Source: Octopus bimaculoides (Eukaryota). From it: a stretch of DNA of 64,000 nucleotides. This document shows, in pieces, positions 1 through 10,649 of this stretch (within the stretch, counting starts at the first letter, position 1; each line of letters begins with the position of its first letter). The stretch spans positions 153,331,333-153,395,332 of the forward strand of contig NC_068982.1 in NCBI RefSeq assembly GCF_001194135.2, read 5' to 3'. The notes under the pieces are model-generated. The model did not search any database. It was not told the origin of the DNA and saw only the letters and a program-made list of their open reading frames with translations. Both the position numbers and the translations under genes were made by a program.

Positions 1-710
1 ATATATATATATATATATATATACATTTATATATACATATATATATATGTATGTATGTGTGTATGTATGTATGTACGTATGTACACATTCATACACTTGT
101 ATACAAATGATTGCATATATTTGATTGTCAGTCAGTAATAGGGATTAATTATGTTGGTTACAACAGGTTCCTAGGATGGAGCGTCTATTTAATCACCTAC
201 AGACCACACTGTAGTTCTTTAAATAGAAATGTAGTGTCGGATATTATTCTCTTCTAAAGTTGAAATCTTCACAGTTGGAATGATTTATGTCGATCTTGGT
301 TGAAGTAACTTTGCACGGCAATATCAGAAATATAGATGTACATCAGCAATTTTTTACGAACAAAAAACGTATAGGTACTATGTTATTAACTACTTTGTCA
401 CTACTTTCCAGAGGTGTGAAATATAAGCTATGTTGTTGCCACTTTAAGGTAAGATAGTGAGCTGAGTAGAACCTTCTTTTATTTTCTTTCTCGTTCAGCC
501 ATCTCTTCGATTTCTTTTCCAGTCTTATACATTGTCGATCATTAAAGACGTGGTTGTTTGATTTATGCTCAGCAAACAACCGTTCACAAAATAATGCCTT
601 TCAATATATGAAAGTCATGAGAGTTCATTTTCTTACTTGGTGTGAAATAGGGTGTAGAATTCCTAGAACTAGATTCAAGGAAAAATTGTTTTCGCTTTAT
701 GAAGCGCGCA

Positions 711-770
<60 letters not shown>

Positions 771-2329
771 NNNNNNNNNNNNNNNNNNNNNNNNNNNNNN
801 NNNNNNNNNNNNNNNNNNNNNNNNNNNNNNNNNNNNNNNNNNNNNNNNNNNNNNNNNNNNNNNNNNNNNNNNNNNNNNNNNNNNNNNNNNNNNNNNNNNN
901 NNNNNNNNNNNNNNNNNNNNNNNNNNNNNNNNNNNNNNNNNNNNNNNNATATATATATATATACACACGCTCACACACTCCTTTCTGGCACTCTCATGCG
1001 CACACACACACTAGTAATACTTGTTTGCTGAGAACTACAGTGAGGGAAAATATTTTATTCTTGGCGTCTGGATAAACATGCTCATATCTGTTATGAAATA
1101 TTCACAAAAATTACGTATCGCACCGCGCGTTTACTCTATTTTAGACTAGAAGTTTCCTGCAAGAGAAACTCCTTTAGGCATTCTTTTTAATCGTCATTCC
1201 ATGTTATGTATATCCCAAAGTTTTATGTTAAAAACCTGTAAGCCATTATTTTCTTCACAACTCATATACACGTAAGTTACACATACTATATATAATTTAT
1301 ATATCTTCGATCGGAGTCTTCATACCATTCTTTAGTGAGTTCTGCTTCTACCATAACTATCTGAAAAGCTCTCCACCATCAAATTATGTATAAACCCCAT
1401 ACCTCTAAACTTACACGATGCTTTCACCAAATCCACCCGCCTTTATCACTATCTCTAATGTATTCCATTTTCCATGAATCCCTGTAAACATTTTACTTAA
1501 TCGTCACTTGCGAAATTTCCATACGTCTGGCATGTAGGAGTCCTTTACTACCGAATGACTTTTTCCGAGAGTATCGTCTTGAAATAATCTTATTCTGAAT
1601 GTTAATTGGAACGAACTTTTCAGTCTAGGAAAAGAAAAAAAAAAAAGGAATACTATGTCCTACGGCAGCTGCCATAAGCACCATGTAAAACTACCAATTA
1701 GAACAGTCTGTAAGAAATGAAATAAGCAAATGCTAATTGATTTCTACGCTGTATATTATGTGAGTAGTTATTAATAACTGATGTGCGAAAAGGAGGTAAT
1801 ATTAAAAAAGCTAAAGTCGAAATCACTAACAAAATATTATTCATACAATGTAATTCACAGACGCTTTATTATTTATCAAAAGTAAACCTGTTATCCATAT
1901 TCTGAATCAAAATGTTGTGTGAGGCCATCGCCATTCACCTAATGTTTTCGACAAATGCTCATCTTTGAAACTGGAAAACATTTTTAAATAACTTGGGCCA
2001 AATCTCTGAAATCTCACAAAACTATCACTGGGACTGCTGAAGCAAACCAAAAACGAAGTTTACATAACCAAATACATGCCAGATACATTTTTAATATAAT
2101 CGTAATCTATATTTTAGTATATTCTATTTTTTAATAAAAATATTATGTCTGTATGAATACATATGTTGATTCAGGTGTTCACTGAACGACTATTACTACA
2201 TACTATTATCAATAAATATGCTAATTCTGAAACATTTCATAATTCAGATTATAAATAGTTATAAATAATTTACATGTTTAATATGTTCTCCACCAAGCAG
2301 ATAATCATTTTGACTCTGTTTGCCAGACG

Positions 2330-2900
2330 CCAGTGATAGGGCCTGACCAAATCAAAATATATTGACTAACAATATAGTCATTGTATCGTTTGTAATACGT
2401 ATAGATTATTACGACAAAATGCAACGAAACATTGCAGATAAATGAACAGTTACTCCGATGGCATTTGTATATATTTTATAAAGTAAGTTGCAATTTTTAG
2501 ACATTTGCTTGGCATAAAACATATTCTAATGTCATCCCCTCAGTGGAAATGCATGTTGAATTTGTCTTACCTAAGACGCTTTACTGTAAACGTATGCTAT
2601 TGAATGGAGCCAGCAGAATCATATGATTACTACACTGGAAAATATACATGTAATAAGGCACTGATCTCATATAATTTTGCAATATTAATGATACAGCACA
2701 CTTACGAACATAATCTAAAATGTAACAAATATATAAAACAGCGGTATCTTATGACAAACAACAGTACTGTCTTATATTTGAAGTTGTCTCCGTGATAGCA
2801 ATGTCAAATGCAGGCCAAATCCATTAGAGAAATGTAACCAGTTCTGACGGTCATGTCATACATTACAAGCATTCACAAACTGGAGGATATGAAGTGAGGT
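2330..2900 (+). mobile_element. Highly decayed CR1/L2-group LINE reverse transcriptase relic
   Basis: Broken frames give TPVIGP (cf. GSVLGP), NIADK*TV (cf. FADDT) and IEWSQQNHM (cf. W...N.M); many stops. Confidence 0.35.
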
Positions 2901-3256
2901 TGTCACGTGATATACTAAGCGTGCGAGTTTAAGCTTCTGAAACTTATGAAACTTACACAAATGCCAAGTGCTAGAAATTCAATAAGACTACGCTTCCAGC
3001 TTTTATGAAATGATAGCGTCCTTGGAAGACCAAATAAGATACTGACCATAAAATCGATAAATCTATAATAAACAAATTTCAATACGAGAGTCAAACTTGT
3101 TAGAGGAAACATAGTCAGAGTAGCCTTAGAATAAGACTTTGAAGCAAGTACCCATATGCGTGTTGGTGTATTTGAGTGTGTATATGTATGCAAGTAAGTG
3201 CATGTATGTATATATATATGTATAAATATTTATGTATGTATATATATATATACATA

Positions 3257-3644
3257 TTCTTTTATTCTTCTACTTGTTTCAGCCATGCTGGAGCACCACT
3301 TTTAGTCGAACAAATCGACCCCAAGTCTTATTCTTTGTAAGCCTAGTATTTATTCTATCGGCGTCATTTTGCCGAACCGCTAGGTGACATGGACGTAAAT
3401 AAGGCAACATCGCTTATCAAGCGATAGTGGGGGCACAAACGTAGACACAAATAACAGATACATACATATACACATATATACGACAGGCTTCTGTCTGTTT
3501 ACGTCTACCAAATCCACCCACAAGTGTTTAGTCAGCCCTAGGCTATAGTAGAAGACACCTGCCCATGGTGTCATGTAGTGGGACTGAACCCGGAACCATG
3601 TGGATAGTAAGCAAGCTACTTACCACATAGCCACTCCTGCGCCT
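3257..3644 (-). mobile_element. tRNA-derived SINE, family 1 (octopus OK/OR-like)
   Basis: Minus strand starts AGGCGCAGGAGTGGCTATGTGGTAAG (A box) ... GGTTCCGGGTTCAGTCCC (B box); internal simple-repeat spacer; T-rich end on plus. Confidence 0.8.
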
Positions 3645-3816
3645 AAAACTATTACGAGTTTGCCACGATGTATATATATATATATATATATATNNNNNNN
3701 NNNNNNNNNNNNNNNNNNNNNNNNNNNNNNNNNNNNNNNNNNNNNNNNNNNNNNNNNNNNNNNNNNNNNNNNNNNNNNNNNNNNNNNNNNNNNNNNNNNN
3801 NNNNNNNNTATATATA

Positions 3817-3890
3817 TGTTACATGTCGTTTAAGGGTATTTCGAAAGTTATATATATAGCTTTCGAAATATCCTTAAACGATATGTAACA
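3817..3890. repeat. Hairpin, 31-bp arms around a (TA)n loop
   Basis: TGTTACATGTCGTTTAAGGGTATTTCGAAAG (3817-3847) versus CTTTCGAAATATCCTTAAACGATATGTAACA (3860-3890); 2 mismatches, both G:T type. Confidence 0.95.
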
Positions 3891-3899
3891 TCACGGGCC

Positions 3900-4130
3900 G
3901 ATTTTATCTGGAGGCTTACGGAAGCGACGACAAAATACAACCTTACATGGTCCATACTTAGACACGCGAGTCCCTACAACACTATATCCCGGAAATGCCT
4001 TTTATGCTAAGAGGAGTCACTCTCGATAATGTTAACAAAAGAGCGCATTATAAATAAATTTATTTAACAATTACCCAGATGCCTACACGCAGCTAAACAC
4101 ACATTCACATATTACAATCCCGACCATACA
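3900..4130 (+). mobile_element. Penelope-like element, C-terminal end of GIY-YIG endonuclease region (pseudogene fragment)
   Basis: Translates IWRLTEATTKYNLTWSILRHASPYNTISRKCLLC*EESLSIMLTKERIINK..CLHAAKH, matching the W.I...A.PY.....C.LC..E...I...N C-terminus of PLE ORFs. Confidence 0.75.
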
Positions 4131-4458
4131 TAACTTGATCTATACATTGCGCCCAAAACTCTTAATACACATGAACTTGAGGAACTATATTCGAATAACT
4201 TGTATTAGACAAATGAACTTGCAATCTAGATCTATATATGTATATATGTATATGTATACATATATATGTGTATGTGCATATGCATATATGTGCATGTGTG
4301 TATGTGTGTGTGTATATGTATGTGTATATATGTGCATATATATAGATATATATATATATGTTTACATATTCCTCTGTGCGCATTTGCGTTTTTGTAGGTC
4401 TACGTATATATTAGTGTGAATATGTGTATACGTGTATGCGGGCGTGTGTTTATGTGTG

Positions 4459-4489
<31 letters not shown>

Positions 4490-4683
4490 TGACACATTAG
4501 TATAATTATACCTAAAATCTCCAAGAAGTTAAGGAGCTAGACAAAGAACATGCTGTCTACACATCAGCATAGAGACAGAGACAGGCAGAAACAAGGAAAA
4601 TGCACATTGTATTTGAATACTCTGCAAATATTCATTAAAAAAGTTTTCTTTTAATTTTTCCAAAATTTAATTGTTTTCCATAC

Positions 4684-4726
4684 TTACAGTTGAAAATGTC
4701 TCAGTGACTGAAACCGGTACTGAAAT
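4684..4726 (+). ncRNA. Minimal type I hammerhead ribozyme motif, U3-A8 variant
   Basis: TTACAG-TTGAAAA-T GTC TCAGT GAC T-GAAA-CCGG-TA-CTGAAAT. Stem I CAG/CTG, core U3 U4 G5 A6 A7 A8 A9, 3-bp stem II, GAAA, palindromic stem III ACCGGT, GUA triplet. Confidence 0.6.
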
Positions 4727-5261
4727 GTTTTTTTATAAAATCATTTTAGCATTTTCTACCTTGACAACTTTTTCCATATATATCACCCTTGTGTGTTCCT
4801 TTTCAACTTTCTACATATATATATAGTTATCGCCAAGCTAACATAGCGAATGCTGCCGTTGATTAGTTCCAAGAAGCCATCGCCTCTAGCTAGCTATGTG
4901 ACACACAAACCTGTGTCCATTATACCCTTCGAACAGGGAAGGTCAGCAGCTTCTCCTTGCTGGTTGAACATCCACAGACTATTTTCGGGATAATTGCTTC
5001 TTCTCAATGTGGAGCAGCCGAACTCAGCAGGCGTCGCTGCTGACCTCCCCTTTTCGAAGGTTGTAATGGACACAGTTTTGTGTGTCACATAGTTAGCTAG
5101 AGGCGATGGCCTCTTGGAGCTAATCAACGGCAGCATTCGCTATGTTAGCTTGGCGATAACTATATATATATATGTAGAAAGTTGAAAAGGAACACACAAG
5201 GGTGATATATATGGAAAAAGTTGTGAAGGTAGAAAATGCTAAAATGATTTTATAAAAAAAC

Positions 5262-5304
5262 ATTTCAGTACCGGTTTCAGTCATTGAGACATTTTCAACT
5301 GTAA
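5262..5304 (-). ncRNA. Mirror copy of the U3-A8 hammerhead motif
   Basis: Reverse complement is identical to 4684-4726 except one loop II base (TCAAT vs TCAGT). Confidence 0.6.
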
Positions 5305-5598
5305 GTATGGAAAACAATTAAATTTTGGAAAAATTAAAAGAAAACTTTTTTAATGAATATTTGCAGAGTATTCAAATACAATGTGCATATTTATCTATGA
5401 TATGTACGTACATTTAAGTATGTATACACGTGTGTAACTACGTATATAAGTTCCGATACATATATGAGTACATATTTGTCCATATGTGTGCGTACGTGCG
5501 TATATCTAGTTGTATGTATATGTCCAGATACTTGGATGTACGTGTGAGTGCGTATGTATATGTGCGTATGTATATATATATATATATANNNNNNNNNN

Positions 5599-5630
<32 letters not shown>

Positions 5631-5659
5631 ACAGATGCGTCCAAGCACGAACACAAAAA

Positions 5660-7975
5660 CATTTTCGTCTAAGTATTATCTTGCTAAATTAAAGGAGTTA
5701 TTCTATTTGAGTGTTTAGGATGGCATGAGCTAAACAGAAGATATTGTTTCGAGTCCGTTAGCTTATGATAAATGTTAGTTACTATTTGGTTGTTGACTCT
5801 TTTTTTATCATAATATGTAAGAAAGGGAGCTGTTCTTTGCTAAATTGAATGTTAGGATTTATATTATTTAGTATTGATTTAAATTCCAAAAGTTTATCAG
5901 TGGTCTCATTCTAAATGATAAAGCACCCATCGAGATATATTTTCCAGTTTTCGGTGAAATAGATGTCCATATTTTAGCAGTGACACTTCATATATGATGA
6001 ATTCAAAATATCCCATTATTAGGTTCGTTCCCATCGCAATTCCGCATTTTTGACGATAGTAGGTGTCGTCAAATATCTCAAGAATAAATTTTAAAGTTTC
6101 AATTATAAAAACCTGGTTTATGCGTTTCGAAAGTTCTTCGGGTTACTTTTCAAGCCAAAATTATCTTGCTTCTATTCCATAGCCATGTGGGATATTGGTG
6201 TAAATATTAATAACATCGAAGGAAACGAACAATGTCTCTTCAATAATATTTTTTTGGTAGGTGCTCTAGCATATCTAGATCGTCTCTAATGAAACGTTTG
6301 ATGTATTTCAGAAAAGGTAGGATGTCTAGAAAATTGCTTAGGCGGTGGACTTCACAGGACGGGCCAGCTATAATGGATCTTAACTTTTTAAATATTCTGG
6401 CGCTAAGATATTTATGTATATGCCTGGTGATTGTTTGCAGGTTTCATTAACTATCTTGCTCTTGTGTATTTTAGGTAGGCTGTAAAAATAGACTAGGTTT
6501 ATATTTAAAGTTCGTGATGCAATCTGTTTAATTTTATCAGGCCTTTTCTATGTAGATGAATTAAGAATGCAAGATTTTTCATCGTTTTTAGTGTTTATAG
6601 TTTTCAACATTTTTATAGAAGGTGTCGTTTTCCAGCATGGATAATACAAGGTTTTTGTAGTATTGTGTGTCCATCAGGACTACAGTACTTCCTATGTCTG
6701 TTTGTTTAATTGTCAGTTCTTTGTCGTCTTGCAGTTCAGTTACATTTTTCCATTCTAAATTGTTGTGGTTTGGATTAATTTTTCCATTATGGACAGTATT
6801 TGGAAAATTTTTGATATGGTACCCGAAGTCATCTACTGCTTTATTCCTACCCTTAGGTGGTGGTTAATTGCTTCTGTTTTTTAACCAGTGATTCATCCTT
6901 GTTGTTGTAGTCACTTAGTACTTCTGTGTGTCGTAGTTTTCTGCAGTATTCCGAAATATTATCTTTAATTTCATTCTGGTTAGATCTTCGTGGAGTTGGG
7001 GTAAATTTCAATCCTTTAGCTAGTATACTGATTTTTGTTGCACAGAGAGTTTTCTTTAATAAATTAACTACTTTGGGTTTTTCCTGTATTTTTGGTCCAA
7101 TATGTGACGCTTTTTCTCTCCACACAGTATAAAAAAATGTGTACTGTAATTTGGTTGATAGAAATTATTAGTGTTTTTAACTGTATTAAGATTGCTGGGA
7201 GGCTGGTTTTGCTGTCTGAGTAAACTGGCTGAAAGTACGTGGTTCGGGTTTCGTCGTTGGTATAAATTGTCAGGGTTCTTAATTATATTTGAGATGCTGG
7301 TGGTTCGTTTTGCTGTCTGGCTAAATAGGTTAGAATTCCGTAGGTTGAGTTTCTTCGATGAAGGATAGAAGTGGTCCCTTGGGGAGAAATAATTACTCCT
7401 AACCCTAAGCTGGTTTCTTCCAGTATTTCTTATTAGTGATTAATGAGTTTCCCTTATTCCTAGATTGAGAACGGTTTACATCCAAGTGAGAAGTTAGTTT
7501 TGTGTGTTTGTGTTCTTTTAGATGTCTATAGTTTAATCAGGCGGATATTTACTTATTTCTGTACATGTATTTATTCTAGATTTTTTTCATGAAGGGGGTT
7601 ATCTAAACTGTAATCTCTTTTAAACTGAGTTTCGTAACTAAGGAAAAAAATTAACAATTTTCCCACCGCTTATGGGAATTAATTTCTTCCAACTCACGCC
7701 TATCTTTCCATTGTTTGATAACACTTTCCAAAAGTAGATTAATTTGGTCTCTAAAGGAACATAATAGATCCTTCCCATATGACAAAGGTAAATCTTTTTG
7801 TCCGCTCTGTAACTAAGATCAGTTTCTCATCCTTTTCTCGGAGAATACTCTTGTAAACACGTCTAAAGAACGCGTTTATCGTTGTAAACTTTGGAAAAAA
7901 ACATACTTTTAGTTCCTATAAATAATTTCTACTAATCTATAAAATTCGACCTTTAACTTTCTTCTTACATTTCAT
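5660..7975 (-). mobile_element. Penelope-like element ORF (N-terminal region plus reverse transcriptase), pseudogenised and 3'-truncated
   Basis: Minus-strand motifs: LAKGLKFTPTP (about 7000-7030), LFVSFDVINIYTNIPHGYG (about 6180-6240), GIAMGT (about 6025-6045), YLDGCF (about 5925-5940), NINPNIQF..LPFL..NIYHKLTDSKQYLLFSSCHP (5700-5880). Confidence 0.85.
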
Positions 7976-8598
7976 TTCCACTACATATATCTATTTCCAC
8001 GCTTTTAAACTTTATACTCTTTCACCTATCAGACTATATTTTTCCACTCATAATTTTCTGTTAATTTCTTTCTTTCTCTTCCTTCACTTTCTCTAAATTA
8101 ACAGTTTTTTAAAAGATAACTTGCTAGCGTTCCTCTTACATTATATACTTAAGTACGCGGTAATCTCATTCGGTTAAAATGGCATATTGATGTATTTATT
8201 CCTTTTTATCCTGACGAGATGATTGCATTGTTTTACATCATTTTTATTCTCTCCGGAATAATCTCAATGCTTTTTTCGAAACATATGTTGGAAGCATAAA
8301 TGATTTGGATAACACCTGCGTTTGACTACATTTCNNNNNNNNNNNNNNNNNNNNNNNNNNNNNNNNNNNNNNNNNNNNNNNNNNNNNNNNNNNNNNNNNN
8401 NNNNNNNNNNNNNNNNNNNNNNNNNNNNNNNNNNNNNNNNNNNNNNNNNNNNNNNNNNNNNNNNNNNNNNNNNNNNNNNNNNNNNNNNNNNNNNNNNNNN
8501 NNNNNNNNNNNNNNNNNNNNNNNNNNNNNNNNNNNNNNNNNNNNNNNNNNNNNNNNNNNNNNNNNNNNNNNNNNNNNNNATATATATATATATATATA

Positions 8599-9462
8599 CG
8601 AGGTATGATCAATAAGTATCAGTATTGTTGTTATAGTAACAAAGTTAAAGCACCCAAAGTGAAGCCGCTTGGCACAGATTGATCTTGATCTCTGCTGTGC
8701 ATGCGCTCTATGTTTTAATCTTCCAGTTAACTTCCACTGTTTACAGCAGTACTTGGAAGAAACGTGTGTAGCATGTAAAGTTGTCATTACAATACCTGCT
8801 CAGAGGCCTACGTAATGTTGCAGAAAGTGTAGGGAGAGAAGTGCATGATCCGCACGCAAGTGTACGAGTGTTTTAGATGTTTCCAAGATGAACGAAAAAT
8901 GTCGATATTGACGAACATTCTGGAAAATCCACAACCAACAGGACTAAGAAGAACATTGGCCCTGTGCGTGCACCCGTGAGGAGAAATCGTCGAATCACCA
9001 TCCATGAGTTATCAGAGGATGTGAAGATTAGTTACGGTTCAGTTAGATACCTTATCACTGAAGATTTGAGTATGGGACGCGTGTCCTCCATGTGTGTGCC
9101 AAAACTGCTTTCTGCTGACCAAAAAGCAACTCGGATTTCAGTTGCACAAGATCTTCTCGACTGTCTCGAGAACAATGAAAACGTTTTCAAAACTGTATAT
9201 ATGCTTCTGAGTAGATATCACCAAGCTTTTGGCAAAATTTGATGCATATTCTCTGCTTAACTTTCTCTGTCTCATGGTCAATACGAAGATCACACGCTAC
9301 ACACGTTCCATCCAAGCACTGCTGTAAACAGCAAAAGTGAGCCAGAACGTTAAATTTTACTGTCATGCACAGCAGAGTTCAATCTGTGCGAAACTGCTTC
9401 ACTCTCCTTGCTTCAGCTTTGTTACTACGGCATCAGTCCGGATACTTATTTATGAGACCACG
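8599..9462 (+). mobile_element. Non-autonomous mariner derivative, copy 1 (HTH only, long TIRs)
   Basis: TA|CGAGGTATGATCAATAAGTATC ... GATACTTATTTATGAGACCACG; internal RRITIHELSEDVKISYGSV..CVPKLLSADQK (mariner N-terminus); no DDD domain. Confidence 0.85.
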
Positions 9463-9593
9463 CAAACCACATAGACACATGCATACACACATACATATAC
9501 ATACATACAAAAGGTATTTTTAAAATTCAGCTTCTTGGAGCGTTCTAAGAAGTACTAAAGTTACCAAGTACTCAACTGTCAATTAAACACATT

Positions 9594-9635
9594 TTAAATC
9601 TGATGATTACACTATATATGAAAGCGCTAATTTAA
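9594..9635 (+). ncRNA. Minimal type I hammerhead ribozyme motif (canonical core)
   Basis: TTAAAT-CTGATGA-TTACACTATATAT-GAAA-GCGC-TA-ATTTAA. Perfect 6-bp stem I, CUGAUGA, weak stem II, GAAA, palindromic stem III AGCGCT, CUA triplet. Confidence 0.7.
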
Positions 9636-9766
9636 CTTTATGAGAATTGCAATTTTTTTAATGTTAAAATACCATAATAAAAAGCGTGAAACCCGACTAA
9701 GCTTTAACTTTATTCACGTTTTTATTATGGTATTTTAACATTAAAAAAATTGCAATTCTCATAAAG

Positions 9767-9808
9767 TTAAATTAGCGCTTTCATATATAGTGTAATCATC
9801 AGATTTAA
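9767..9808 (-). ncRNA. Mirror copy of the hammerhead motif, in sense to the adjacent PLE GIY-YIG ORF
   Basis: Exact reverse complement of 9594-9635; lies about 50 bp downstream of the minus-strand GIY-YIG fragment. Confidence 0.72.
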
Positions 9809-9859
9809 AATATGTTTAATTGACAGTTGAGTACTTGAAAAATTAGAAACATTTTCTGA

Positions 9860-10054
9860 CTATATGTCTCTATACGTTCGCTCAATGAAACATGTCTCTC
9901 TATGTTCACACCAATGGCGAACATTTATGTTCCGGATTTGTTGTCTGTGAACTCGTGAGCGTTCCGATAATGCATTCCCTGTTTCATCTATATAAAATTC
10001 CTCGCATTTCGGGCATTTAGTGCAATAGATCAAATTTCTGCTTTTGCAGTTCAT
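9860..10054 (-). mobile_element. Penelope-like element GIY-YIG endonuclease fragment
   Basis: MNCKSRNLIYCTKCPKCEEFYIDETGNALSERSRVHRQQIR matches the PLE C.S.N.IY...C..C...YIG.T....R...H motif. Confidence 0.9.
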
Positions 10055-10649
10055 ATCTGCATTTGCGAAANNNNNNNNNNTATAATATTATATACATATA
10101 CACGCACATATATATGTGTGTGTGAGTGTGTATGTTTGTGTGTATGTATGTATATATGTATGTATGTAGGTAGGTATGTATGTATGTATGTACAATTGCA
10201 TATACAAATGTCTTCTGAAATGTTTATATCTAAATATACCACGACATCTTTCACAAGGTAAATTAAAATATGTCTACAGTGTAATGTTAAATGCGGGCCA
10301 AATTACGTTAGAGAACTTGTAAAAGTTGTAATATTTCTTTTGCCCATTCATAAACTGCACGTTATACATCCAGATTTTCAGAAGTTGCAAAATTACTGCA
10401 ATATATTTCAATAAATTGAATGCGATAAGGTTTATGAAAGACAATATTCTTAGATAAACAAGCATGATATAAACCTCAAAGTCGGTAGTACAAATGTCAA
10501 TGTACCTGGAAACGCGTACACGATGTTACAAAAACTGCAATAAAATCAAATTTATGAGATATTTATCAATTGCTGATTGAATTCAGTATTACGCATAGTT
10601 ATAAGCATATATACATACACATCCATCCATCCAAATATATATATATATA

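Larger units (their letters stand above)
4600..5388. repeat. Long fold-back inverted repeat (about 350-bp arms, 85-bp spacer), probable PLE pseudo-LTR derivative
   Basis: 4600-4950 is the reverse complement of 5036-5388 with 10 substitutions and one 2-bp (AT) indel by manual alignment. Confidence 0.97.
9565..9837. repeat. Fold-back inverted repeat, 126-bp arms, 22-nt spacer
   Basis: 9565-9690 versus reverse complement of 9713-9837: 2 mismatches. Confidence 0.97.

Noticed and set aside
554-1075. Long ORFs spanning N gaps or microsatellites (also at 8244-8787, 17668-19193, 38618-39152, 55086-56670, 60475-60928 and similar)
   Set aside because: Length comes from X runs or HT/CV/YI/SL/ER dipeptide repeats; not genes
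1180-1620. Possible LINE 3' end on the minus strand; similar weak traces at 15960-16200, 31000-31260 and 59500-59720
   Set aside because: Only vague motif similarity; not supportable without a search
3590-3644. tRNA-like sequence
   Set aside because: It is the head of a SINE with no complete cloverleaf; not a tRNA gene
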